A stretch of 51,059 bases of DNA from a virus, in the IMG/VR virus record IMGVR_UViG_3300025816_000004. One strand, written 5' to 3'. A program made the position numbers and the translations under genes. This document shows positions 33,509-40,939 of the stretch, one piece after another. The notes beneath the pieces were generated by a model. That model saw nothing but the letters and a program-made list of their open reading frames with translations, did no database searches and was not told the origin of the DNA. Positions within the stretch are counted from its first letter, which is position 1. Each line of letters begins with the position of its first letter.

Positions 33509-34276
33509 TTATGTTACATTTAAATTAAAAGACATTTTACAATTAGATTGTAAGCTATCTTTAATAAAGTTTAACTTAGATACATAAGAATGTACAGCAC
33601 TTTCTAATTTTTTAGGTGCGTTGTTAGACTTAACGTTCAATACATTTGCTTTACCTTTTTGATCTACATCAAACATAACAGCAAGCGAATAAGAACCTTT
33701 ACGTTTAATTTTATCTACAGCTTTCTGGATAACTGTAGTTCTATTTTGTAATCCTGCTTCTAAAACATAAGCACACTTTGCTTTTTCTATTGGAGTTTCT
33801 ACAGTAGAGCCTCTAATATTTTCTAATGTTTCTGGAGTAATCACAGGCACAGGTTCTTGCTTCAAAGAATCTTCAAGTAATTCTATTTCTTGTAGAATAA
33901 ATTGTATCTGTTCTCTTAAAGATTCATCATTAGTTTTACTTTGCTTTATCTCTGCATCAAATCTTTCCATGTCTGCGTTCAACTGAGTAACAAAAGCCTG
34001 AACACTTTTCTTTGACATGTTAACTTCATATTCAATAAATCTTTTATTATCTTCAATTACATTATAAGCATTATCAAGTTCTCTTCTTGAGATACTTTCA
34101 ATAGAGTCTGCTCTTAATTCAAACATATCTTTTTTTACATCAAGAATTTTTTGACTTAAAAGATTTATAGTTTGTGTAGAATTTTTAAATTCTTTTTGAA
34201 TTTTATTTTGTTGCAATAAGAAACAACCAAATACTATTGTTAGTATTATACAACCAGTTATAAAATTACTTTTCAT
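33509..34276 (-). CDS. Membrane-anchored coiled-coil protein with a compact C-terminal domain (255 aa)
   Basis: N-terminal TM (FITGCIILTIVFGCFLL), long helical region, C-terminal beta-rich ~90 aa. Confidence 0.75.
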   Translation of the reverse strand: MKSNFITGCIILTIVFGCFLLQQNKIQKEFKNSTQTINLLSQKILDVKKDMFELRADSIESISRRELDNAYNVIEDNKRFIEYEVNMSKKSVQAFVTQLNADMERFDAEIKQSKTNDESLREQIQFILQEIELLEDSLKQEPVPVITPETLENIRGSTVETPIEKAKCAYVLEAGLQNRTTVIQKAVDKIKRKGSYSLAVMFDVDQKGKANVLNVKSNNAPKKLESAVHSYVSKLNFIKDSLQSNCKMSFNLNVT

Positions 34277-34285
34277 TTTTTGCTC

Positions 34286-34489
34286 CTATTTTTTTACGTT
34301 CAATTCAATAGCATCAAGTGCTACTCCGTTATTTACTTGCTCCTGGATTTCCTCTTCAATTAATTCTTCTATGTTAAATAGAGCTATGCCTAATTGAGAT
34401 TCCTTTCTTAAGCCCATAGGAATACTAAGACTACATGTAGTTAAAGCAGATTCAATCTGATAATATTTAAAAAGTTTATTATTATTCAT
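34286..34489 (-). CDS. Hypothetical protein (67 aa)
   Basis: ORF, TAATG-type coupling to the upstream gene. Confidence 0.65.
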   Translation of the reverse strand: MNNNKLFKYYQIESALTTCSLSIPMGLRKESQLGIALFNIEELIEEEIQEQVNNGVALDAIELNVKK

Positions 34490-34785
34490 TAGAAAGAATA
34501 GTTCTGTTGTTTTGTTTGAGTTCTTTTATCTTCATAGTATCTACTTAGTTCTGCAAAACTATTTATATCAGGATATTTTTTTAAATATTTCATGATCCAT
34601 TTGTGTGTCATAAAAGAAAGATACATTGTTTTGCGTGCAACATAATAATCTTCATCAGGTACTAATTGATCTATATTATCTAGTGAGACCTGTGCAGCTT
34701 CTTCTTCGTTCAGTAATGTTTTCATCCATTCTACTTGTAAAGACTTTACTTTCTTTCTTAAAGCTTTAACTTTCTTTGCGTTCAA
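34489..34785 (-). CDS. Hypothetical protein (98 aa, TTG start)
   Basis: Strong SD AAGGAG 7 nt upstream of the TTG; consensus promoter immediately upstream. Confidence 0.7.
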   Translation of the reverse strand: MNAKKVKALRKKVKSLQVEWMKTLLNEEEAAQVSLDNIDQLVPDEDYYVARKTMYLSFMTHKWIMKYLKKYPDINSFAELSRYYEDKRTQTKQQNYSF

Positions 34786-34810
34786 TAGAGTTCTCCTTTA
34801 TCTCTATAGG

Positions 34811-34840
34811 ATTATATAAGAAGTAACTGAGGGATGTCAA
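34811..34840 (-). promoter_or_regulatory. Sigma70-type promoter, TTGACA-N18-TATAAT (leftward)
   Basis: Minus strand reads TTGACAtccctcagttacttcttaTATAAT; both hexamers are consensus. Confidence 0.6.
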
Positions 34841-34912
34841 ATCCCCCAGATTACAATTACTATTAACATCACTATTAAAATAAACATAGGTAAAGATTTT
34901 ATAAAATTGTCT

Positions 34913-35176
34913 TTATCTTTCATGGATATATACGTCTATTCTTTGTGCGTCTTCTAACTTACAATCTCTCCAGTTAATATTACCATGTTGATTAGTATAC
35001 TTAGCCAAGTGAGGATTGTTCTTTCCAAATCTACCATGACATTTAACATATAGTTTATGGTTTATATGTTTGTTAAGAAATTTAATAGTATCTCTAAGTA
35101 CATCTAATCTATATTCTTCTAGTACATTTCCTTTGTTGACTGTCATTACATATGCTTTTGTTCTTGATTTTTTCAT
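34913..35176 (-). CDS. Hypothetical protein (87 aa)
   Basis: ORF in the early arm. Confidence 0.7.
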   Translation of the reverse strand: MKKSRTKAYVMTVNKGNVLEEYRLDVLRDTIKFLNKHINHKLYVKCHGRFGKNNPHLAKYTNQHGNINWRDCKLEDAQRIDVYIHER

Positions 35177-35204
35177 TTTGTTTTCCTTCCTTTAGTAGTT
35201 AAAA

Positions 35205-35408
35205 TTATTTTTTTAAAGCCTTGGCCATACTATCCCAACCTTCCATATCTTTTTTTAATTCCAGGAATAAAGGTTCTCTTAAATCTTTAAGTAACTCTAA
35301 AGAGTTTTCTAATTCCCATTGAGGTAAGTTACCTATGTCATCCTCCATAGCCTTTAAAGTTTTTATGATTGTCTCTATAACATAATCTATTTTTTCTATA
35401 TCATTCAT
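35205..35408 (-). CDS. Hypothetical acidic protein (67 aa)
   Basis: ORF in the early arm. Confidence 0.65.
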   Translation of the reverse strand: MNDIEKIDYVIETIIKTLKAMEDDIGNLPQWELENSLELLKDLREPLFLELKKDMEGWDSMAKALKK

Positions 35409-35464
35409 CCAAATATCTCCAAGTAAATAATCAACCAGATAATAAAAGTTATTAGTTCATTCAT
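35405..35464 (-). CDS. Candidate 19-aa hydrophobic micro-protein (MNELITFIIWLIIYLEIFG)
   Basis: GGAGG SD 5 nt upstream of the ATG; stop overlaps the next start (ATGA). Confidence 0.35.
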   Translation of the reverse strand: MNELITFIIWLIIYLEIFG

Positions 35465-35476
35465 TGAGGCCTCCGT

Positions 35477-35701
35477 TCAATCCAGTAATATCATATAAGC
35501 ATCAGGCTCATTTGTAATAAACCAATCTAAACCTTTGCGCATGGTGTTGTAATCTCTGATCCTTTCAGCACCCATGATGGTATCGTAAACTGCAACAGCA
35601 TCAGGCGGTATAGTTATTGTAGCACCAGTAAATCTATTGGCTACTTCAACAGGTTTTTTATCTATTACTTTGCAAGCAAAAGGTAATTTACGTTCAGTCA
35701 T
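35477..35701 (-). CDS. Hypothetical protein (74 aa)
   Basis: ORF in the early arm. Confidence 0.7.
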   Translation of the reverse strand: MTERKLPFACKVIDKKPVEVANRFTGATITIPPDAVAVYDTIMGAERIRDYNTMRKGLDWFITNEPDAYMILLD

Positions 35702-35870
35702 TTTTTATCTCCTCTACTTCTATCTCTGCTTGGTCAGCTAAAAATTCCCAATCTTCTACTTCAAGATATCCTTTTTCTTCTGCTTCTTCCCAATCTTCTG
35801 CCATTACAAAACATTCCTCTACTATGTAAGTTGTTCTGATTAATCTGTATTCTTTTAATTTACTACTCAT
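35694..35870 (-). CDS. Small acidic hypothetical protein (58 aa)
   Basis: Hand translation MSSKLKEYRLIRTTYIVEECFVMAEDWEEAEEKGYLEVEDWEFLADQAEIEVEEIKND; fills the gap; 8-nt overlaps on both sides. Confidence 0.5.
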   Translation of the reverse strand: MSSKLKEYRLIRTTYIVEECFVMAEDWEEAEEKGYLEVEDWEFLADQAEIEVEEIKND

Positions 35871-36180
35871 TATTTATGTACTCCTCTAATTCATTAACAG
35901 CTATATGTAATTTACCTGCAATTAAATTCAATGCTACTTTGCTTGGTCTAACAGCATTAAGATTATAATCAGGAAATTTTTCCGTAGCTGTTGTTCGCTT
36001 AGAAGCAACTGCTTTTTTATTTAACAATTTAAATGCTCTAACAAAATGTACAATATCCATTTCAAGTATATCTGTAAGCCCAAGATTATTTGAATCATAA
36101 TCAAAAGATTCTTGCACATCCCAAGGTAACTTTTCTTCTTCACACATTGCATTTATTTCTAATAGTTTTTTAAGTTTCAT
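35863..36180 (-). CDS. Hypothetical protein (105 aa)
   Basis: ORF in the early arm. Confidence 0.7.
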   Translation of the reverse strand: MKLKKLLEINAMCEEEKLPWDVQESFDYDSNNLGLTDILEMDIVHFVRAFKLLNKKAVASKRTTATEKFPDYNLNAVRPSKVALNLIAGKLHIAVNELEEYINNE

Positions 36181-36326
36181 TTTATACCTCTTAATTGTTG
36201 TTCTTCATTTTTAAAATGTTCAAGTATCTCTATAACTTCATTGCTCTTATGACCATCATCACCTATTGCAATGTCTACTGCTTCTCTAACTTCTTCTTTG
36301 CTATATTCTAAAACGTGTTGTTGCAT
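36177..36326 (-). CDS. Small hypothetical protein (49 aa)
   Basis: Strong SD AAGGAGAAGGGG upstream of ATG 36326; ATGA overlap with the next gene. Confidence 0.55.
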   Translation of the reverse strand: MQQHVLEYSKEEVREAVDIAIGDDGHKSNEVIEILEHFKNEEQQLRGIK

Positions 36327-36461
36327 ATCCCCTTCTCCTTAGTTAATAATTAGGGGTAGTTTTGATAAGCAGACTACCAACTGCTAGTATGTTTACCTCA
36401 ACAATGTCAACGAACAGGAAGTGCATTGTATTCTTCCGTATCCTTTTGGTAAACTCTCCTC

Positions 36462-37574
36462 TTAATCTTGTAAAGCCATATAGTAATCATCTATTGCTTG
36501 TGGTTCTAACTCTTCTTCTTTGATCCCCTTTAAAATATGAGCGATCACATCTACTGTCCACCCATTGCCTAACATTTTATATCTCTGAGTATTAGATACT
36601 CCTTCAGTGTATCCATCAGGTACTGTTTGTAATCTTTCACATTCCTTTACTGTTAGTTTTCTCCAAGTTAATTCATCAACAATTACTTTAGGTTCTCTGT
36701 GTCCTCCACCCATTGTTGTAAGTGTAGGTGCTTTGCCTTTAGGACTATAAACTCTTTTGATAATATCAAATCCTTTTAAGTCTGCCTCACCTACTTGGAT
36801 ACAACCATTAACAATTACATTATCTTTTTGTACTGTGGTTAATGTATTTGTTTTATCATCAGGTCTAAGTTCTAATTGTTGTTGAATCTTTCCATCTTTA
36901 TTATAGCGACCTCTGATTGCACCACCTTTATTATTAAATACTAATTGTCTTCTGTGTTTTTCAAAGTAACTTTTAAGATTCCCACCCTTAAAATAATTAG
37001 CATCAAGGCAATGTGATTTCTCTCTGTCTGTTACTCCATCCTCCAGAATATCAGCAAGTATAATTCCTTTATCTTCTGGTATATCAAAAGGGATGTTAGT
37101 CCAATATAATCTGTAGCGATTCTGTGCGCTAACTAAATTTGAATTGATTGCTATTGGTTCAACCCCAAGATACTCACTAATAATATCTTGGCTTTCTTTT
37201 TTCATCCTGACATTTTCTAATAAGAAATATTTAGGCTTAAGAATCTTCAAGACTCTAACGAAATCAAAAAACAATTTGCTTCTTGGATCATCAAAGTTTA
37301 ATTGATTGCCTGCAAAACTAAATCCCTGACAAGGTGAGCCACCTATTACAAGATCAATTCCTATTTCATCTCTGATAATTTCTAATCTCCAATCTTCAAG
37401 CTTAGTTATATCTCCCATCTGAAATGTATAAGGAAAATTCTTTTGAGTTATTTGCATTGCGGGTTTATCTATCTCACTTGCGTGATAAGTTCCTACTGGT
37501 ATGCCCGCTTTTTTTAATGCCAACTGTCCGCAACTCATACCATCAAACATTGAGAATACATTTATTGGTTTCAT
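36462..37574 (-). CDS. DNA (cytosine-5) methyltransferase, orphan (370 aa)
   Basis: Motif I FSMFDGMSCG, IV GGSPCQGFS, VI LLENV, VIII QNRYRLYW, X LGNGWTV; no adjacent restriction endonuclease recognised. Confidence 0.9.
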   Translation of the reverse strand: MKPINVFSMFDGMSCGQLALKKAGIPVGTYHASEIDKPAMQITQKNFPYTFQMGDITKLEDWRLEIIRDEIGIDLVIGGSPCQGFSFAGNQLNFDDPRSKLFFDFVRVLKILKPKYFLLENVRMKKESQDIISEYLGVEPIAINSNLVSAQNRYRLYWTNIPFDIPEDKGIILADILEDGVTDREKSHCLDANYFKGGNLKSYFEKHRRQLVFNNKGGAIRGRYNKDGKIQQQLELRPDDKTNTLTTVQKDNVIVNGCIQVGEADLKGFDIIKRVYSPKGKAPTLTTMGGGHREPKVIVDELTWRKLTVKECERLQTVPDGYTEGVSNTQRYKMLGNGWTVDVIAHILKGIKEEELEPQAIDDYYMALQD

Positions 37575-37867
37575 ATTATCTTAACTCCAAGATTGAGAAG
37601 ATTACTCTGTCTTAACTCCAACATTGAGAACGGTACTCTATAGCTACCTTGATTTTCTATATCAACAACTGCGTTCTTGATTGCAATTTTAGTTACAGTT
37701 CCTTTTGATCGTTTAGTTTTCTGAACAACCCATACATCATCACCAACATCTATTGTTGCTTTAGCGTTCATCGTTTGTGTTTCTTGTATAATGTCTATCA
37801 ATCCGTTGTATTCTTCTGCTGTGAAATTGGATTTATAAATTGCCATTCTAAGTTCTGATAGTTCCAT
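37571..37867 (-). CDS. Hypothetical protein (98 aa)
   Basis: ORF with AGAGGAG SD. Confidence 0.7.
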   Translation of the reverse strand: MELSELRMAIYKSNFTAEEYNGLIDIIQETQTMNAKATIDVGDDVWVVQKTKRSKGTVTKIAIKNAVVDIENQGSYRVPFSMLELRQSNLLNLGVKII

Positions 37868-37898
37868 ATTGTATTGCTCCTCTTGTTAGTGTTCTTTA

Positions 37899-37927
37899 AT
37901 TTTAACTTATTTTGTGACCGCGTTCAA
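37899..37927 (-). promoter_or_regulatory. Candidate sigma70-type promoter TTGAAC-N17-TAAAAT (leftward); TTGAACGC is duplicated 24 bp upstream (37944..37951)
   Basis: Minus strand reads TTGAACgcggtcacaaaataagtTAAAAT in a 91-nt intergenic gap. Confidence 0.4.
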
Positions 37928-37958
37928 CTTTATTTTAAAACGTGCGTTCAATCCTGTT

Positions 37959-38147
37959 TTATTTTTCGGAGTCCTTCCAAGTTATATTGTGGTCACTATA
38001 AAAATAGTAATTAAAATATTCAATGCCGTTAGAGTCTAAAAAGTTAGCAGTAAATTGGATACTTAATAAGCTCTCAACATTTCCCCACACCCAAGAATCT
38101 GATTTATCATTGTATAATAATACTTTGTTTTGCTTTGGTTTTTTCAT
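37959..38147 (-). CDS. Hypothetical protein (62 aa)
   Basis: ORF in the early arm. Confidence 0.6.
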   Translation of the reverse strand: MKKPKQNKVLLYNDKSDSWVWGNVESLLSIQFTANFLDSNGIEYFNYYFYSDHNITWKDSEK

Positions 38148-38818
38148 TGCGTTAGTTCCTTAGTTTTTAGTACTGTTTTAATTCTTTGTCCGTGACTTGG
38201 ATAGACAACCACGCTAATTTTTTTATCCCAACAATGCCTGCAAGATTTACATTGCCCGCCTTGATCCTGAGAATTACATTTAGTAAATGATTTGGGCAAT
38301 GATCTGATGTGAAAATCTGGCGCAATGGTACTTGTGGTTTTACCTTTTACTGTATGACCTACTACAGAATCACTTGAGAATCTAACCACAACATTTGATA
38401 GTCCGTTCAATCGTTCAATCACATTATTAAACTTTGGGAATTTATATTGCCTTGTCGGAATCCAATGCTTACAATGTGGCGTGGCTTTGCATATCTGATA
38501 TATTTTTTCAGCTAATTTTGTATGGTACATATCACCAGAATCAAACCATCTAAAATATCTACAATTCAAATCTATATATTCAATCATCTCTTTTACAAAG
38601 TCTTCACGCTTCCAATCTTCCATATTATGCAAGCGAGTATTTTTTACATTGGGAAATCTGTAGTTTCCTTCTCTGGCATAGCAACCCTTACAAGCGTCTA
38701 CATAATCTCCAGAGTCATCAAAAGAAGCGGGACAACTTCCGCCCTCGCTTGGATGTCCTGCTTGAGTAGACCAAGAGAAAACACTTCCCATTTTTTTAGT
38801 GTTAGATATTTTTATCAT
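38144..38818 (-). CDS. Cys-rich phage protein (224 aa), GP88-like (tentative)
   Basis: C..C-x2-C-YA motif (CPAS..ACKGCYAREG), RWFDSGD, C-terminal C-x2-C-x2-C (CKSCRHC). Start set at ATG 38818, which makes an ATGA overlap with the upstream stop. Confidence 0.5.
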   Translation of the reverse strand: MIKISNTKKMGSVFSWSTQAGHPSEGGSCPASFDDSGDYVDACKGCYAREGNYRFPNVKNTRLHNMEDWKREDFVKEMIEYIDLNCRYFRWFDSGDMYHTKLAEKIYQICKATPHCKHWIPTRQYKFPKFNNVIERLNGLSNVVVRFSSDSVVGHTVKGKTTSTIAPDFHIRSLPKSFTKCNSQDQGGQCKSCRHCWDKKISVVVYPSHGQRIKTVLKTKELTQ

Positions 38819-39012
38819 AAGCTTACAGCCTCCACTTCTTCCACTTGCCAATCTTCAATGTCACCCGCAAATAAATCTCTTTCTACTTCTTGCCTTGCGG
38901 TGTCTTCATCTTCACAATTAACTAATGTTGTTAATGTTACAGTGACTTCAAAAAATCTATCATCTTCCCATTCTGGTGGACAATGCATTTGGCTATCTTG
39001 ATTAGGTTTCAT
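38815..39012 (-). CDS. Small very acidic protein (65 aa)
   Basis: ORF; D/E-rich. Confidence 0.65.
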   Translation of the reverse strand: MKPNQDSQMHCPPEWEDDRFFEVTVTLTTLVNCEDEDTARQEVERDLFAGDIEDWQVEEVEAVSL

Positions 39013-39206
39013 TCTACTCCCCTCTTTAAATTATTATATTCATAATCATAGGCTAACATTATATCTTGCCAATGATCCTGCCATTCTGGATATACTGCAC
39101 CCATAAAAGTTATGGCTTCATCATATCCTAAACGATCAACATATTTATAAAACATATTGAGCAAAAAATGAAACGGAGAATCCTTTAATGTAAATTTATT
39201 AATCAT
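39009..39206 (-). CDS. Hypothetical protein (65 aa; ORF track extends it to 39293)
   Basis: ATG 39206 forms an ATGATTAA overlap with the stop of the 39199..39360 ORF. Confidence 0.5.
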   Translation of the reverse strand: MINKFTLKDSPFHFLLNMFYKYVDRLGYDEAITFMGAVYPEWQDHWQDIMLAYDYEYNNLKRGVE

Positions 39207-39360
39207 TGAAATTAAGCTCCTCTGTTTCTTCATCTTGGCTTGCCTGATGTTGCATTTCTTCAAGTTCTTTCTGATGCTCTGCTTCTTTGGCAAGCATACG
39301 ATTGCTATTATTAATTTCTAAAATTGTAGTTTTTAGTAGTTCATTAAAATCATAATCCAT
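39199..39360 (-). CDS. Small acidic helical protein (53 aa)
   Basis: Hand translation MDYDFNELLKTTILEINNSNRMLAKEAEHQKELEEMQHQASQDEETEELNFND; alternative to the 5' extension of the downstream ORF. Confidence 0.4.
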   Translation of the reverse strand: MDYDFNELLKTTILEINNSNRMLAKEAEHQKELEEMQHQASQDEETEELNFND

Positions 39361-39361
39361 T

Positions 39362-39568
39362 TTATAATCTCCCTGAGTTGTTAAAAGTATTGTTTGTAAT
39401 TGTTGTTTCTTCTTTTGTAATTCTATCTCTAAAGAAATCTAGACCACCATTAGAACCATAATAGATATGTGATCCTATTGTGATGTTATATTTTTTCGCA
39501 TTACTCCAAGCCACTTTTCTAGATTGTGAATTTATGCCTTTATAAAATCTTTGGTTTAAATCAATCAT
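39362..39568 (-). CDS. Hypothetical protein (68 aa)
   Basis: ORF following the terminator; AAAGGA SD. Confidence 0.65.
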   Translation of the reverse strand: MIDLNQRFYKGINSQSRKVAWSNAKKYNITIGSHIYYGSNGGLDFFRDRITKEETTITNNTFNNSGRL

Positions 39569-39582
39569 ATAATTATCCTTTT

Positions 39583-39608
39583 AAAAATTGGGGGGAATTG
39601 CACCCCCC
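39583..39608 (-). terminator. Rho-independent terminator/attenuator after the first leftward gene
   Basis: Minus strand reads GGGGGGtgcaattCCCCCCaaTTTTT; a G6/C6 stem is conspicuous in this AT-rich genome. Confidence 0.6.
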
Positions 39609-39618
39609 TTGGGAGAAA

Positions 39619-39954
39619 TTAAATAAATGTTTCTTCTTTTCTAGTAATCTTAAAACCATATCCCTTAATAAAATTTTGATTTTCATAATCTCTTTCTATT
39701 ATTCCAGTTTTAGTTTTTTCTATTGTTGAAAATGATTTTACTAATGTTGTATCTTTACAAAAAATATTTAAATCTTTTTGATCAAAATATTTACATTTTT
39801 TAAATTTAAAAGTTTGACTATCTAAAACTTTATCTGAAAAATTTATCTTGCTGATTTTTTCAGCGGGGATAACTGAATCATTAACAGTAGCTGTATATTC
39901 AGTTAAATTGTTCATTAAATCTATAACGTTAAAAAGTTTGATTTCATTGTGCAT
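39619..39954 (-). CDS. First leftward (early) gene, hypothetical protein (111 aa)
   Basis: ORF with GGGAGAG SD. Confidence 0.75.
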   Translation of the reverse strand: MHNEIKLFNVIDLMNNLTEYTATVNDSVIPAEKISKINFSDKVLDSQTFKFKKCKYFDQKDLNIFCKDTTLVKSFSTIEKTKTGIIERDYENQNFIKGYGFKITRKEETFI

Positions 39955-40856
39955 TTTTACTCTCCCAGAGTTTTCGTTAATTGAGATATAAGTATAACCT
40001 ATTGTGACCTACTAATATATATCTAAATCAAACACCCTTATAAATAAAGGCTTAGAGCCTTAAATTATTTTTTAGAGCTCAGCTGCTGAACCCTGTTTGC
40101 GCAGATGCATATTTCCAGGGCAGAGTCAAGTAAAATATTCAAAATTCCTAAAAAAAATTTCTTCGTCGCTAAAGCTCCTCAGCTCTATAATTCTTTTTCG
40201 GCAAAGCCTCAAAAGGACTCTATATTTTTGATGCACAATCTGATGGATAACTATTGATCGCTAAAGCTCATCTGGGATTTTAAAGAATCCCATTCTCGCT
40301 GATTAGCTCTTCAAAGTTACCCACAAAATTGCACACAAATTGAGGTGCTAAATTGAATTAAACGAAACCTATAATACTCTTATGCCTAACCGCCCATTCC
40401 TATGTTTCGTTTGAGAGAAGATGAAAGGGAAATGCCAATGAAATCAAACAGATCTCCAAAAATCTATGGAAATATCTGGTCTTCAAAGTCTACCTAGAGC
40501 AGTATTTATACTATGATCTATAGACTTTACAGGACTCCATATCTTTGTAAACCAGATAATTCTTTATACATACCCCCAGATCTCTTGCTGATCCTCCACA
40601 GATCTTTGTAGTCTATGGAGTTCTGCAGGATAAAGAGTCTACTGAGCGTAGCGAAGGCATTGTTTTAAATCTATATGCTCCAAAGATCTATGGAGGGGCA
40701 AGAGACCATGGGGGTACTCCCTATATATATAGCATACATATACATTTTTGGAAGGTTTGGAGTGTAAACCAGTAGGATAACTAGTTAATCTGCGGCTCTT
40801 TAGAGCTTTATAGTACTAGGATATACTATATGCAACCCTGGGGCATAGGATTACTT

Positions 40857-40885
40857 TAGTATATAGTTCAGATTACTGTTTGTCA
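40857..40885 (-). promoter_or_regulatory. Sigma70-type promoter TTGACA-N17-TATACT (leftward)
   Basis: Minus strand reads TTGACAaacagtaatctgaactaTATACT. Confidence 0.55.
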
Positions 40886-40903
40886 AGACATATCGTAAAT
40901 AAC

Positions 40904-40931
40904 TTGACAAATCTTCAGGGGAGTATATACT
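40904..40931 (+). promoter_or_regulatory. Sigma70-type promoter TTGACA-N16-TATACT (rightward), 8 nt upstream of the terS ATG
   Basis: Plus strand reads TTGACAaatcttcaggggagtaTATACT; its -35 box is the inverted-repeat partner of the leftward promoter's -35 box. Confidence 0.5.
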
Positions 40932-40939
40932 ATTTTAGT

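Larger units (their letters stand above)
39955..40939. other. Non-coding divergent control region (candidate origin / pac region / long leader) with dispersed short repeats and hairpins
   Basis: No ORF of 60 aa or more on either strand; only short ORFs without an SD. Repeated words: TCGCTAAAGCTC x2, AGGACTCyATATyTTTG x2, ACAGATCT-N6/7-TCTATGGA x2 plus a third TCTATGGA, TGTAAACCAG x2, GGATAACTA x2. Confidence 0.7.

Noticed and set aside
34838-34887. 16-codon hydrophobic mini-ORF (MFILIVMLIVIVIWGI) on the minus strand
   Set aside because: It has no SD and runs through the -35 box of the consensus promoter. It is likely chance in AT-rich sequence.
36340-36385. tRNA-like D-arm string (GCAGTTGGTAGTCTGC) on the minus strand
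   Set aside because: The following sequence cannot form anticodon or T arms and there is no GTTCRA T-loop. It is just a 6-bp hairpin (GGTAGT/ACTACC) in the intergenic gap.
39207-39293. 5' extension of the 39009 ORF (track 94 aa)
   Set aside because: The extension (MPKKQSIRKNLKKCNIRQAKMKKQRSLIS) competes with a better-looking acidic helical 53-aa ORF in another frame that ends in an ATGATTAA junction. This is kept as an alternative, not excluded with certainty.
37424-39729. Plus-strand track ORFs 37424..37615, 38522..39001 and 39526..39729
   Set aside because: They are antisense to coupled minus-strand early genes and span gene boundaries, with no SD.
40880-40939. N-terminal extension of terS from a non-ATG start (track 40880)
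   Set aside because: It would start inside the inverted repeat and promoter elements. ATG 40940 begins the conserved part of the protein.
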